NCBI RefSeq assembly: GCF_000737315.1
Contig: NZ_JMCB01000002.1
Coordinates: 268,001 to 516,000 of the forward strand
Reading direction: 5' to 3'
Source of the DNA: Hyalangium minutum
GTDB taxonomy: Bacteria; Myxococcota; Myxococcia; Myxococcales; Myxococcaceae
DNA: 248,000 nt
The notes below the pieces were generated by a model. That model did not search any database. It had not been told where the DNA came from and saw nothing but the letters and a program-made list of their open reading frames with translations. The position numbers and the translations under genes were made by a program. Shown piece by piece: positions 74,620 to 84,611 of this stretch; within the stretch, counting starts at the first letter, position 1; each line of letters starts with the position of its first letter.

Positions 74620-74972
74620 GCGAGCTGATGGAGTCGCGCTGGGCCTACCTCATCCACCTCGTGGCGTGGGCGCTGCCCGTCATCCTCGTGCAGCTGGCGG
74701 CCCTGGTGCACCACTATAAGGAGCGCTCGGGCGCGGTGCTCAAGGCCGTGCTGCCGCCTGCCTTCATCGTCGGCACCTACCTCTCGCTGGCGGACCACCT
74801 GGCCATCTCCGCCGGCATCTGGAACTTCGGCGAGGGCAAGCACCTGGGCGTCTACGTGGGCGCGGTGCCCCTGGAGGAGGTGCTCTTCTTCCTGATGACG
74901 AGCCTGCTCGTCTCGTTGGGAGTGGCCCTGTTCACGGCGGTGCTGCGGCGGAAGGAGGCGGAGGCGCCGTGA
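74616..74972 (+). CDS. crtYd: Lycopene cyclase subunit
   Basis: AD..AI..GIW, PLEE.LFF. Confidence 0.8.
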   Translation: MSELMESRWAYLIHLVAWALPVILVQLAALVHHYKERSGAVLKAVLPPAFIVGTYLSLADHLAISAGIWNFGEGKHLGVYVGAVPLEEVLFFLMTSLLVSLGVALFTAVLRRKEAEAP

Positions 74973-75646
74973 TTCAGGCGGCCAAAGGAGGCCCGCTGGG
75001 CTGGTTGTGGGATCGGTACGTGGGCTGGAAGTTCCGGTCCGCCTTCCGAGGCCTGTGGGTGCGGGGCACGCTGCCCACGGGGGACGGGGCCCGGCTCGTC
75101 TACGTGAACCACACCAACTGGTGGGACGGCTTCGTGCTGCACCAGCTCGGGCAGGTGGCGGGGTGGGACGCGTACTGCCTCATGGAGGAGAAGAACCTGC
75201 GCCGCTACCGCTTCCTGTCCCGCATCGGCGCCTTCAGCATCCGCCCGGGCGAGCCGGACTCCGCCCTGGAGTCCCTGCGCTACGCGCGCCAGCTGCTGCG
75301 CCAGCCCCGCGCCGCCGTGTGCCTCTTTCCCGAGGGCGAGCTGCGTCCCTTTGGCGTGGTGCCCATGCGGCTGCAGCGCGGCGTGGAGCTGCTGGCCCGC
75401 GCGGGCAAGGCGGAGTGTGTGCCGGTGGCCCTTCGCTACACCTTCTTCGAGCACGAGCGGCCGGATGTGCTCGTGGAGGTGGGCACGCCCCATGCGGCGG
75501 GCCCGCTGGAGCTGTTCCAGCAGCGCCTGGAGGCCGTGGTGGACCGGGTGGCGATGGCCTCCGACCTCGAGGGCTTCACCCAGCAGGTGCGCGGCGGCAC
75601 CGGCGTGGCCGAGCGCTGGGACGCGGTGAGGGGAGTGCGGGCATGA
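74969..75646 (+). CDS. Carotenoid acyltransferase (PlsC-like)
   Basis: NHTNWWD, FPEG. Confidence 0.8.
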   Translation: MIQAAKGGPLGWLWDRYVGWKFRSAFRGLWVRGTLPTGDGARLVYVNHTNWWDGFVLHQLGQVAGWDAYCLMEEKNLRRYRFLSRIGAFSIRPGEPDSALESLRYARQLLRQPRAAVCLFPEGELRPFGVVPMRLQRGVELLARAGKAECVPVALRYTFFEHERPDVLVEVGTPHAAGPLELFQQRLEAVVDRVAMASDLEGFTQQVRGGTGVAERWDAVRGVRA

Positions 75647-76506
75647 CGCTGCGCATCCGCACCATCGCCCGGCTCACCGGCATCCGCGAGGCCACCCTGC
75701 GCGCCTGGGAGCGCCGCCACGGCTTCCCCCGCCCCAGCCGCAGCGAGCACAACAATTACCGCTCCTACTCGCGCGAGGAGGTGGAGAACATCCGCCGCGT
75801 GGCCAAGCTCATCGCTGACGGGCTCTCCGTGAGCGAGGCCATTGCCCAGGTGCAGGCCACCCCCGTGCAGGCGCTGCCTCGCGGCGAGCGCCTCTCCGAG
75901 CGCTTCTGGTCCGCGGTGATGATGATGGACGCGGAAGCCGTACGCCGCGTGCTGGACGAGGCGCAGGCCTCCATGGAGGTGGAAGTCTACTGCAACGGCT
76001 TCCTCATGCCGCTCTTGCGCGAGATGGGGATGCGGCTGGACGTCGCCCGCGAGCACATGGCTTCGGCGCTCATCCGCCAGCGGCTCATCGGCCTGCTCAA
76101 CGCGGAGGAGCCGCGGACCGGCGGGCCGCACGTGGTGCTGGCCTGCCCCGCGCAGGATCACCACGAGGGTGGGCTGCTCGCACTGGGACTGCAGCTCAAG
76201 CGCCGCGGCTGGCGGGTGACGATGCTGGGCGCGGACACTCCGGCCGAGGCACTTCACAGCGCGTGCGCGCAATTGTCACCAGAGATGGTGGCGCTCTCCT
76301 TCGTCCGCCGCAGGGAGCCCGAGGAGCTGGCCACGGTGCTGGGCGAGGCGGTGCGCGCCTGCGCCCCGGCGCGTGTGGTGGTGGGCGGACCGGGCGCTCG
76401 TGAGCATTTGAAGACCATTTTTTCGTTGGGCGCGCAGTATGCTGAGTCCGCCGATGAGCTGCTGGCCTTGTGGCAACAGGCTCGCGGTGTACAGACTCGG
76501 ACCTGA
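75643..76506 (+). CDS. carA: MerR-type carotenogenesis repressor CarA
   Basis: LRAWERRHG MerR HTH; DHHEGG B12-domain variant. Confidence 0.85.
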   Translation: MTLRIRTIARLTGIREATLRAWERRHGFPRPSRSEHNNYRSYSREEVENIRRVAKLIADGLSVSEAIAQVQATPVQALPRGERLSERFWSAVMMMDAEAVRRVLDEAQASMEVEVYCNGFLMPLLREMGMRLDVAREHMASALIRQRLIGLLNAEEPRTGGPHVVLACPAQDHHEGGLLALGLQLKRRGWRVTMLGADTPAEALHSACAQLSPEMVALSFVRRREPEELATVLGEAVRACAPARVVVGGPGAREHLKTIFSLGAQYAESADELLALWQQARGVQTRT

Positions 76507-76515
76507 GCCCCATGA

Positions 76516-77409
76516 ATGCCTGAGCGTACCTACCGCATTCACATCGCCTCCGCGCTCTCCGGCGTCCGCGTGGAGCTGATCCGCGCCTGGGAGCGCCGCT
76601 ACGGCTTTCCGCGCCCTCAGCGCACCTCCTCGGGCTACCGCGTCTACACCCAGCAGGACGTGGCGTTGCTCAAGCAGCTCAAGCAGCTCACCGAGGAGGG
76701 GGTGGCCATCCGCGAGGCGATGAAGATGCTGCCTCAGCTCCAGCGGAAGGTCGCCGAGATGGGCGAGGCGCCCCTGAGCGAGGTGAGCGTCACGAGTCTG
76801 GAGAGCTGGCGCTCGGCGCTGATCGCCGCGGCCGAGGCGCATGATCAGGTGCGGGTGGGCGCCGTGCTGGACGAGGTGCTGAGCGCGCTGCCCCCGCTCA
76901 AGGCCTTCGACGAGGTGCTCGCGCCAGTGCAGCGCGAGGTGGGCGACCGCTGGCACGCGGGCCGGATGACGGTGGTGCAGGAGCACCTCGTCTCCGAGGT
77001 GGTGCGCGCCCGGCTGGTGGGCCTGCTGCACGCCGCGCCCGAGAACGAGGCGGCCCAGCACGCTGTGCTCGCGTGCTTCCCGGAGGAGCTGCACGAGCTG
77101 GGCTTGCTGGGCTTGGCGCTGCGGCTGCGGCATGCGGGCCGGCGGGTGACGCTGCTGGGACAGCGCGTGCCGCCAGCGGACCTCGGGAAGCTGGTGGCCA
77201 AGCTCCGGCCGGACCTCGTGGGGCTGTCCGCGGTGACGAACTCGGGCTCGGACTCCTTCGAGGCCGCGCTGAAGCAGCTGCTCGAGGCGCTCCCGCGCGG
77301 AGTCCTCATCTGGGTGGGCGGTGCCTCGGCGATGGCCCATGCGGACATCTGCGAGCGGCTGGGAGCCCGCGTCTTTCGCACCGGCGACGACTGGGCCGCG
77401 CTGCTATAA
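76516..77409 (+). CDS. carH: B12-dependent photoreceptor/repressor CarH
   Basis: RAWERRYG; W...EH; ELHELG; LG..VP. Confidence 0.88.
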   Translation: MPERTYRIHIASALSGVRVELIRAWERRYGFPRPQRTSSGYRVYTQQDVALLKQLKQLTEEGVAIREAMKMLPQLQRKVAEMGEAPLSEVSVTSLESWRSALIAAAEAHDQVRVGAVLDEVLSALPPLKAFDEVLAPVQREVGDRWHAGRMTVVQEHLVSEVVRARLVGLLHAAPENEAAQHAVLACFPEELHELGLLGLALRLRHAGRRVTLLGQRVPPADLGKLVAKLRPDLVGLSAVTNSGSDSFEAALKQLLEALPRGVLIWVGGASAMAHADICERLGARVFRTGDDWAALL

Positions 77410-77422
77410 TCCCCCTGCTTCC

Positions 77423-78136
77423 ATGACCGACTTCATCGAAGTCCACGACGGCGCGCTGGAGCCTCAGCTCTGCCGCGACATCATCCAGCGCTTCAACCAG
77501 AGCCCTCACGTGCACCGGGGACGCACGGGGCATGGCGTGGACGTGTCCAAGAAGGACAGCTATGACTTGACCCTCAACGTCGTCCCCGAGTGGGAGCCCA
77601 CGCTGCGGCTCCTGCTGGACAAGTCCTTCCCGCCGCTGCGCAGCTACCTGCGCAAGTACCTCTACACGCTCATTGGCGCCCTCTCTCCCTCCATCAAGGA
77701 TCCGAAGACAGGCCAGCTGGTGACGCTCAACGAGCAGAACTTCGCGCAGCTGGGCGACCCGCGCCTCGACGCGCTCGTGGGTAACTTCTACCGCTACGGT
77801 GTCCTCAACGTGCAGAAGTACGTGAAGGGCTCCGGCGGCTACCCGCATTGGCACTCGGAGATCTACCCGAAGGATGCCGACTGCGAGCAGCTGCACCGCG
77901 TGCTGGCGTTCCAGTTCTACTTGAACGACATCTCCGAGGGCGGTGAGACGGAGTTCTACTACCAGCAGCGCAAGGTGGAGTCGAAGGAGGGCCGCATGGT
78001 CATCTTCCCCGCCGGCTTCACGCACACCCACCGCGGCAACGTCCCGCGCTCCGATGACAAGTACATCATCACCTCGTGGGTGCTCTTCCACCGCGCGGAC
78101 CACATCTACCGGAACACCCCGCCGCCTCCGCGCTGA
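77423..78136 (+). CDS. 2OG-Fe(II) oxygenase
   Basis: WHSE, YLND..EGGETEF, HTHRG. Confidence 0.8.
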   Translation: MTDFIEVHDGALEPQLCRDIIQRFNQSPHVHRGRTGHGVDVSKKDSYDLTLNVVPEWEPTLRLLLDKSFPPLRSYLRKYLYTLIGALSPSIKDPKTGQLVTLNEQNFAQLGDPRLDALVGNFYRYGVLNVQKYVKGSGGYPHWHSEIYPKDADCEQLHRVLAFQFYLNDISEGGETEFYYQQRKVESKEGRMVIFPAGFTHTHRGNVPRSDDKYIITSWVLFHRADHIYRNTPPPPR

Positions 78137-78211
78137 GCTCCGACTGATCCAAAGATCAGTCATTGGATGAACATGTGAAATTATACTGGGGATGTATTAA
78201 ATACGGGGCGC

Positions 78212-79168
78212 ATGGGAAGAGGATGGAGCAGCGGGCTCATGCTCCTGCTGGTGGGGTGGGCCGGCTGCACCCCCGCTCCGCAGACGCCACTGGTGATGGG
78301 AACCGTCCCTTGGGTGGGCACGGAGCCGTTCTTCCTGGCGCGAGAGCTGGGGCTGTACCCGGGCCCCGTTCATCTTGTGGAGTACCTCAGCAGCGAGCAG
78401 CAGCTCCGCGCCTTCCAGAATGGCGTCGTCGACGCGGCGAACGTGACGCTGGATGAGGTGCTCAACCTGGATCGGCTGGGGCAGCGGGTGCAGGTGGTGC
78501 TGGTGCTGGACGCCTCGAATGGCGCGGACTGTGTGATGGCGCGGCCCGAGGTGTCCTCTCTGGCGGATCTCCGAGGCCGGAAGGTGGCCTCCGAGGCTGT
78601 GACGCTTCCCACGTACATGCTCGCGCGAGCGCTGGAGCAGGTGGGCCTCCAGCTCCAGGACATTCGGCGAGAGCCCTGGCCCCTGGCGGAGCTCACCGCG
78701 GCGCTGCGCAAGGACGAGGTGGATGCGGTGGTGGCGTTCGAGCCCTACTGCCATCAACTGGAGGCCGAGGGTGCCCGGAAGCTCTTCGACAGCTCGCAGA
78801 TCCCCGGGGAAATCATTGATGTGCTGGCGGTCCGCAAGAGCTCCTTGGAGGACCACCCGGAACAGGTGGATGCGCTGATTCGAGGCTGGCTCTCCGCGCT
78901 CCAGGTTCTCCAGGAGCGCCCCGCGGAGGCGGCGCGGCGGATGGGGCCTCGCGTGGATCTGGATGAGCGCGCGTTCCTGGAGGCGCTCGAGGGGGTACAT
79001 CACCCGAGCCTCGAGGAGCAGCGGCTCCAGCTCATGAGCGAGCGGCCCCTCTTGCAGGACACCATCGAGCGCATGGGCGCCATCATGGTCCAGGAGCAGG
79101 TGCTCCCCGCGCTGCCGGACTCGCGCCTCCTCATCGACACCGCGCCGCTGCGCCGGGTGGCGCCATGA
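78212..79168 (+). CDS. SsuA/NMT1-like substrate-binding lipoprotein
   Basis: Lipobox WAGC; SNGAD, LRGRKV, IPGEI.D. Confidence 0.8.
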   Translation: MGRGWSSGLMLLLVGWAGCTPAPQTPLVMGTVPWVGTEPFFLARELGLYPGPVHLVEYLSSEQQLRAFQNGVVDAANVTLDEVLNLDRLGQRVQVVLVLDASNGADCVMARPEVSSLADLRGRKVASEAVTLPTYMLARALEQVGLQLQDIRREPWPLAELTAALRKDEVDAVVAFEPYCHQLEAEGARKLFDSSQIPGEIIDVLAVRKSSLEDHPEQVDALIRGWLSALQVLQERPAEAARRMGPRVDLDERAFLEALEGVHHPSLEEQRLQLMSERPLLQDTIERMGAIMVQEQVLPALPDSRLLIDTAPLRRVAP

Positions 79169-80964
79169 GTTTGCCGGCTCCGCGGTGGCTCCGGGAGCTC
79201 ATCCTCCCGATGCTGCTGCTGCTCGTGTACACCGCCTGCTTCGGCCTCTACTCCCTGCACCACGAGACGGTCGAGGCGGTGGCGCACGCCCGGAGGGAAA
79301 CCCTCCGCAAGGTGGCCGAGGAGATGACGCAGCTCCAGTCCAGCTTGGACTACCTGCTGCACGCGGGGAACCTGGCGGCGGTGCGCGAGTCCGTGTCGAG
79401 CCAGGGCCACAATGTGCAGCTCCAGATGGGACTGCTCGTGGATGATCAGCAGCAGGTGCTGGCCTCCACCCGGCTGGTGCTGGTGGGCCGTCCGGCGCGC
79501 GAGGCCTGGCCGGAGCTGGAGCTGCCGGAGAACGTCCGCCGGAGGCAGGAAGCCCTGGAGCACCTCACCGGCGTGGTCGAGATCAGCGCCGACGGGCGGT
79601 ACATCATCGGCTACTACCCCGTGTCCCTGAGCTTCGGCCAGCCGAGGCGCATGGGCTATCTCTTCTTCCAGCATGACTTGACGCAGCTGGAGAGCGCCAG
79701 TCGCTACTACGCGGAGCGCTCCGTGCTGCGCTCCACGCTGCTGCTGCTGGTGATTGCTGGGGCCACGGGGCTGGGGGTTCAGCTCCTGCTGGGGCGGCGC
79801 ATTCAGCGGCTGGTGGCGGCCACGCAAGGCATGGCGGAGCAGATCGGCCGCAGCCACCAGAAGCTCCAGGAGAATGAGCATCGCTTCCAGACGCTGGTGG
79901 AGCGCACCCCGGACGCCGTCTTCGTCCACCGCGAGGGGCGCATCGTCTTCCTCAACCCCGCGGCGGGCGCGCTGGTGGGGCACGAGCGGGTGGAGGCGCT
80001 CGTGGGCCGGAACCTGGCGGAGCTCGTACAGCCCGGCGACGAGGAGGTGCTCACCGGCCCGGTGGAGGCGCAGGGGGTGCGCGAGGTGCTCTGGCTCCAC
80101 GCCTCGGGACAGCAGGTGCTGGGCGAGGCCGTCACCTTTCCCCTGGTGTTCGAGGGCCAGCCCGCCCGCGTCTCCATCGTGCGGGACGTCACCGAGCGCA
80201 AGCACCTGCGGGAGAAGCTGCAGACGGCCGACCGCATGGCCGCCATCGGCTCGCTGGCGGCGGGCGTGGCGCATGAAATCAACAACCCGCTGTCCTTCAC
80301 CCTGAGCAACGTGCGCTTCATCCGCGATGAGCTGAAGTCGCTCCTGGAGGAGGGCAGGGTGCAGGAGCAGGAGCGGCTGAAGGAGGTGCTCGACGCATCG
80401 GAGGAGGCGCTCACGGGCGCGGACAGGGTCAGCGAGATTGTCACGGACTTGCGGAGGTTCACGCGAGGCGATGATGGCAAGAAGGCGCCGGTCAACCTCC
80501 ACGCGGTGCTGGACTTGTGCGGCAGCATTGCCCGGAGCCAGCTCCGCCACCGCGCGCAGCTGGTGAAGGTGTACGGAGAGCTGCCGCCGGTGCAGGGCAG
80601 CGAGTCCCGGCTCGGGCAGCTCTTCCTCAACCTCATCATCAACGCCGCGCAGGCCATCCCCGAGGGCGGGGACGCCAAGGTCCACGAGGTGCGGCTCACC
80701 ACGTGGCGCGAGGGCGCGGACCAGGTGGTGGTGGAGGTGAGGGACACGGGCGTGGGGATTCCGCCCGAGCACCTGCGCCGGCTGTTCGATCCCTTCTTCA
80801 CCACGAAGCCCGCGGGCGTGGGCACGGGGTTGGGCCTGTCCATCTGCCATGGCATCGTGAAGGGGATGGGCGGCCGCATCACCGTGGAGAGCGAGCCGGG
80901 GCGGGGAACCGCGTTCCGGGTGTTCCTCCCCATTGGGGAGCCCGAGGCGGCGCCGGGCCCATAG
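79165..80964 (+). CDS. PAS sensor histidine kinase
   Basis: Two TM segments, PAS, HEINNPL, FFTTK, GTGLGL. Confidence 0.9.
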   Translation: MSLPAPRWLRELILPMLLLLVYTACFGLYSLHHETVEAVAHARRETLRKVAEEMTQLQSSLDYLLHAGNLAAVRESVSSQGHNVQLQMGLLVDDQQQVLASTRLVLVGRPAREAWPELELPENVRRRQEALEHLTGVVEISADGRYIIGYYPVSLSFGQPRRMGYLFFQHDLTQLESASRYYAERSVLRSTLLLLVIAGATGLGVQLLLGRRIQRLVAATQGMAEQIGRSHQKLQENEHRFQTLVERTPDAVFVHREGRIVFLNPAAGALVGHERVEALVGRNLAELVQPGDEEVLTGPVEAQGVREVLWLHASGQQVLGEAVTFPLVFEGQPARVSIVRDVTERKHLREKLQTADRMAAIGSLAAGVAHEINNPLSFTLSNVRFIRDELKSLLEEGRVQEQERLKEVLDASEEALTGADRVSEIVTDLRRFTRGDDGKKAPVNLHAVLDLCGSIARSQLRHRAQLVKVYGELPPVQGSESRLGQLFLNLIINAAQAIPEGGDAKVHEVRLTTWREGADQVVVEVRDTGVGIPPEHLRRLFDPFFTTKPAGVGTGLGLSICHGIVKGMGGRITVESEPGRGTAFRVFLPIGEPEAAPGP

Positions 80965-80979
80965 CGGAGGAGCACGCGC

Positions 80980-81723
80980 GTGGCTGGAGTGGACACGATG
81001 GATCGCATCACCCCCACGCTGCGGCCGGACGAGCGGCCTGTCATGTATCAGCGCTGGCGGACGCTGCTGTTCCTTCACTGGGAGGTGCCGGCCGAGGAGC
81101 TGGCGCGGCTGCTGCCGCCAGGGCTGACGCTGGATACCTTCGAGGGCCGGGCCTTCGTGGGGCTGGTGCCCTTCACCATGCAGGGCGTGCGGCCCGCGCT
81201 GCTGCCGCCGTTCCCCCCGCTGTCCAACTTCCACGAGACGAACGTGCGCACGTACGTGCACCGCGAGGGGAAGGACCCGGGCGTGTGGTTCTTCAGCCTG
81301 GATGCGGCCAACCGCATCGCCGTGAAGCTGGCGCGGACGTGGTTCCGGTTGCCCTACCACTTCGACACGATGGAGCTGAAGCGCGAGGGCTCATGGATTT
81401 CCTACCGCTCCGAGCGCCATTGGCCCGAGCCCGTGCCGGGCCGCTGCGCGGTGCGGTGCTCACCGGGCTCGGAGGTGAGCACTTCAACGCCGGGCACGCT
81501 GCAGCACTTCCTGGTGGAGCGCTACTTCCTCTACACGGTGCACAGCGGAGGGCTGTGGCGAGGCCAGGTGCACCATGCGCCGTACCCGGTGCGCGGCGCG
81601 CAGGTGGAGGGGCTGGATGAATCGCTCCTGGCGGCCGCCGGGATTGCACGGCCGCCAGGAGCCCCCCTGGCTCATTTCTCGGATGGCGTGGACGTGGACG
81701 TGTTCCGCCTCAAGCGCGCCTGA
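80980..81723 (+). CDS. YqjF/DUF2071 family
   Basis: QRW..LLFLHW, NVRTYV, FFSLDA. Confidence 0.85.
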   Translation: MAGVDTMDRITPTLRPDERPVMYQRWRTLLFLHWEVPAEELARLLPPGLTLDTFEGRAFVGLVPFTMQGVRPALLPPFPPLSNFHETNVRTYVHREGKDPGVWFFSLDAANRIAVKLARTWFRLPYHFDTMELKREGSWISYRSERHWPEPVPGRCAVRCSPGSEVSTSTPGTLQHFLVERYFLYTVHSGGLWRGQVHHAPYPVRGAQVEGLDESLLAAAGIARPPGAPLAHFSDGVDVDVFRLKRA

Positions 81724-81729
81724 GCCCGC

Positions 81730-82731
81730 TCACGGAGCGCACGCGCCGCAGTCCGCCGCGCAGCTGTCGTACTGGCTGCCGTTGCCGCACTTCTCGGTGA
81801 ACTGGCACGTGCCATCACCGCAGCGGTAGATGTCCACGGGGCGGACGCGCGTGGTCAGCGGCTTGTACGTCACCCCGTTGTACGTGCAGGACACGTAGTA
81901 CGTCTTCGTCGCGTCCAGCGTGCAGTACTCCTGGCACGAGCCCACATGCGCCATGGGCGCGCAGTCCGCGCTCTGCCCCGACCAGGTGAGCCCACAGGCG
82001 CGCGAGGTGCTCTCGGACGTCTTCAGGAACGGCCGGTCGATGGCGGCGAAGATGCCCTCGCTGGTGAAGGTGTTGCCGAAGAAGCAGGCCTCGGTCTCCG
82101 AGAAGAGGGCCAGCTCCGAGCTGGTGTACGGAATCTCCGCGTTCGTCGCGCCGCGCCCCAGCACGGACACGTTGACGTTGAGGCCGAACTTGTTGGTGTG
82201 GGCCGCCAGGCACGCGGTGATGATCTGCTGCTCGGCCACCGTGGGCTGCAGGCCCGAGGCCCAGCCCGGCGTCAGCCCGAGCAGGCCGTACCACGTGTAC
82301 GTCTGCCCCGTCACCAGGCTCGTATAGGTGCGGCTCTGGCCCTGGGGCACCGCGCACATGACGATGTACTTCATCACCGTGGCGCGCAGCGTCCGGTCCA
82401 TCTCGAACCAGTCCTTGAACGTGCCCGTCATCAAGCCGTTGGTGGACAGGCCGTTGGTGGACAGGCCGTTGGTGGACAGGCCGTTGGTGGACAGGCCGTT
82501 GGTGGACAGGCCGTTGGTGGACAGGCCCATCAGTGCCATCTCCTCCGCGGTGGCCATCGCCGACTCCTGCGTGGCCAGCGACTCCTGCTGCTCGAAGCTC
82601 TCGCCCTCCTCCACACCGCATCCGGTGGCGCTTCCCAGACAGAGCACCACAGCGAAGAACGACGCCACGACAGGATTGCTGTGCTGCTGTACCGCCAAGC
82701 CACGACGAACGGAGAAGGACGTCTGATTCAT
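81730..82731 (-). CDS. Exported Cys-rich protein with GLSTN pentapeptide repeats
   Basis: Lipobox-like ATGC; (GLSTN)x6; MKY.V.CA motif. Confidence 0.75.
   Translation of the reverse strand: MNQTSFSVRRGLAVQQHSNPVVASFFAVVLCLGSATGCGVEEGESFEQQESLATQESAMATAEEMALMGLSTNGLSTNGLSTNGLSTNGLSTNGLSTNGLMTGTFKDWFEMDRTLRATVMKYIVMCAVPQGQSRTYTSLVTGQTYTWYGLLGLTPGWASGLQPTVAEQQIITACLAAHTNKFGLNVNVSVLGRGATNAEIPYTSSELALFSETEACFFGNTFTSEGIFAAIDRPFLKTSESTSRACGLTWSGQSADCAPMAHVGSCQEYCTLDATKTYYVSCTYNGVTYKPLTTRVRPVDIYRCGDGTCQFTEKCGNGSQYDSCAADCGACAP
82436..82530. repeat. 15-bp tandem repeat, about 6 copies
   Basis: ggtggacaggccgtt repeated exactly. Confidence 0.9.
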
Positions 82732-82978
82732 GGCACCACCCCCGCGGAAGAGCGGCTGTGGAATCACAGCCGCGTGAGCCCCGCTGCTTTAGCGGCTTCG
82801 AATAATACCGCTGACACAAGCAGTAGCGCTAAGGGCACACGCACGCACTTCAATCTCAATCAAAAGAGCCGCTCGTGTTTCACTTCGGAGGGAACACCTG
82901 CGGGGTAGGGTGTCTCAATGCGAGTGATTGGGCGAGGAACTCTGAGTGGCCATGAGACAAATACACTCACAGAGTGTT

Positions 82979-84478
82979 TCAAGTTGAGACAGGCGGGCCC
83001 AGCAGCTGTACGGCCTTCGGAGTGAGGTGGAGCCCTTCCGGCACCCGCTCCACCCACGCCGCCAAGTCCGTCACGGGGCCTCCGAGCACCTCGAGCACCG
83101 TGTCCTCGCCGCGCACTTCCACCGGGCCAACGTGGACGCAGAGGTGCACGTGCGCGCCGACCTCGGAGGCGAGCAGCTCCGTCTCGCGGCGCAGGTGGCG
83201 CAGCGCCTCGTGCAGCCGCAGCGCCTGCTCGGGCGGGAGCGGGCCGGTGTCCTCTAGCAGGCGGATGCCCAGCAGCGCGGTGCCCGCCTGCAGCGCCAGC
83301 ATGAAGCCGGTGGCGCGCAGCTGCTGCTCGAGGATGTCGAGCACCTCGGCGAGCGCGGCGTGCACCGCCTCGTCATCGTGCCCCGTGTCGGCCAGCTCCA
83401 CCTCCGCGTGCACCGCCAGCGCCTGCCGCAGCTGGCCGGCGGCCACCGGCGTGCCCGGTGCGGACACCGCCTCGCGCAGCGCGGTGAGGAAGGCCTCGGT
83501 GTTCGGGAAGCGCTGCTGCGCTTCCTTCTCCAGGCAGCGCAGCACCACCGCGTCCACCGCGGGAGGCACGGGGGAAATGGCGCTCGCGCGCGGCGGCGGC
83601 GCCTCCAGGTGCAGCCGCTCCAGCTCCATCCGGTCCTTGGACTGGAATGGGTACTGCGCCGTCACCAACTGGAACAGCAGCACGCCCAGCGCGTAGATGT
83701 CCGTGGCGGGGGAGATGTCGCTGCCGCGCAGCTGCTCGGGCGCCATGGCAAAGGCGGTGCCCAGCCGCTGGCCGGCTACCGTCAGCCCCTGCTGGCCTCC
83801 CTGCGGCTGCATCACCTTGGCGATGCCGAAGTCCAACAGCTTGACTCTCGGATGCTCCCCATCCTCCACCACCATCACGTTGCTGGCCTTCAAGTCCCGG
83901 TGGACGATGCCCGCCTTGTGCGCCGCCTCCAGCGCCGCGCAGACAGGCTCCAGGTAGGCGAGCGCCCGCTCGGCCGACATCCTCCCTCGCTCGTGGATGA
84001 GCTGGCTGAGCGTGCGCCCCTCCAACAGCTCCATCACGAAGTAGGGGCTGCCATCCGGCATCATCCCGAAGTCGTACACATCCACCACATTCGGGTGGTG
84101 GATCTGGTTGACGATGCGTGCCTCGCGCACGAAGCGCTGCAACATCTCTCCCTGATCCGCCAGATGGGCGTGCAGCACCTTCACCGCCGCACGCCGCCCG
84201 AGGATGCGGTGCTCGGCCTCGTAGACGCTGCCGTGGCCGCCTGACGCGATGAGCCGCTTGAAGATGTACTCGCCCGCGAGCGCGTACTGTGGGCCCTCGG
84301 CCTTGGGTGGAGGGGAGGCGGTGTCCCAGGGGACCTGCGCCTTTCCGCCCTGGATTCGGTAAGTGTCCTCGGAGTCCCCCATGGGCGACACGCTAACTAC
84401 CTGTGTCGTTGCATGCGAGAATTTGGCCGGGGCGGAGAGCGGCTCTCCCAGGGGATCCGGAAGTCCAGGATCCGTCAT
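82979..84478 (-). CDS. pktA5: Ser/Thr kinase, PktA5-like
   Basis: HRDLKASN, DFG; divergent from espA as in the M. xanthus esp locus. Confidence 0.75.
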   Translation of the reverse strand: MTDPGLPDPLGEPLSAPAKFSHATTQVVSVSPMGDSEDTYRIQGGKAQVPWDTASPPPKAEGPQYALAGEYIFKRLIASGGHGSVYEAEHRILGRRAAVKVLHAHLADQGEMLQRFVREARIVNQIHHPNVVDVYDFGMMPDGSPYFVMELLEGRTLSQLIHERGRMSAERALAYLEPVCAALEAAHKAGIVHRDLKASNVMVVEDGEHPRVKLLDFGIAKVMQPQGGQQGLTVAGQRLGTAFAMAPEQLRGSDISPATDIYALGVLLFQLVTAQYPFQSKDRMELERLHLEAPPPRASAISPVPPAVDAVVLRCLEKEAQQRFPNTEAFLTALREAVSAPGTPVAAGQLRQALAVHAEVELADTGHDDEAVHAALAEVLDILEQQLRATGFMLALQAGTALLGIRLLEDTGPLPPEQALRLHEALRHLRRETELLASEVGAHVHLCVHVGPVEVRGEDTVLEVLGGPVTDLAAWVERVPEGLHLTPKAVQLLGPPVST

Positions 84479-84611
84479 CCGAAAGCCCCTCTGGCGGAGG
84501 CCCTGTCTGTTGGTGAATGCTTCCAGGTGCAACAGACGCGCTAGGTTGGACGCCCGGCGGCGAGGCTGCTGGGATTCCCCGGGGAGAGTCTCCCCGGGGG
84601 GGTAACTGCCC

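Noticed and set aside
82436-82530. Possible CRISPR or non-coding repeat
   Set aside because: The units are contiguous with no spacers and are in frame within a CDS.
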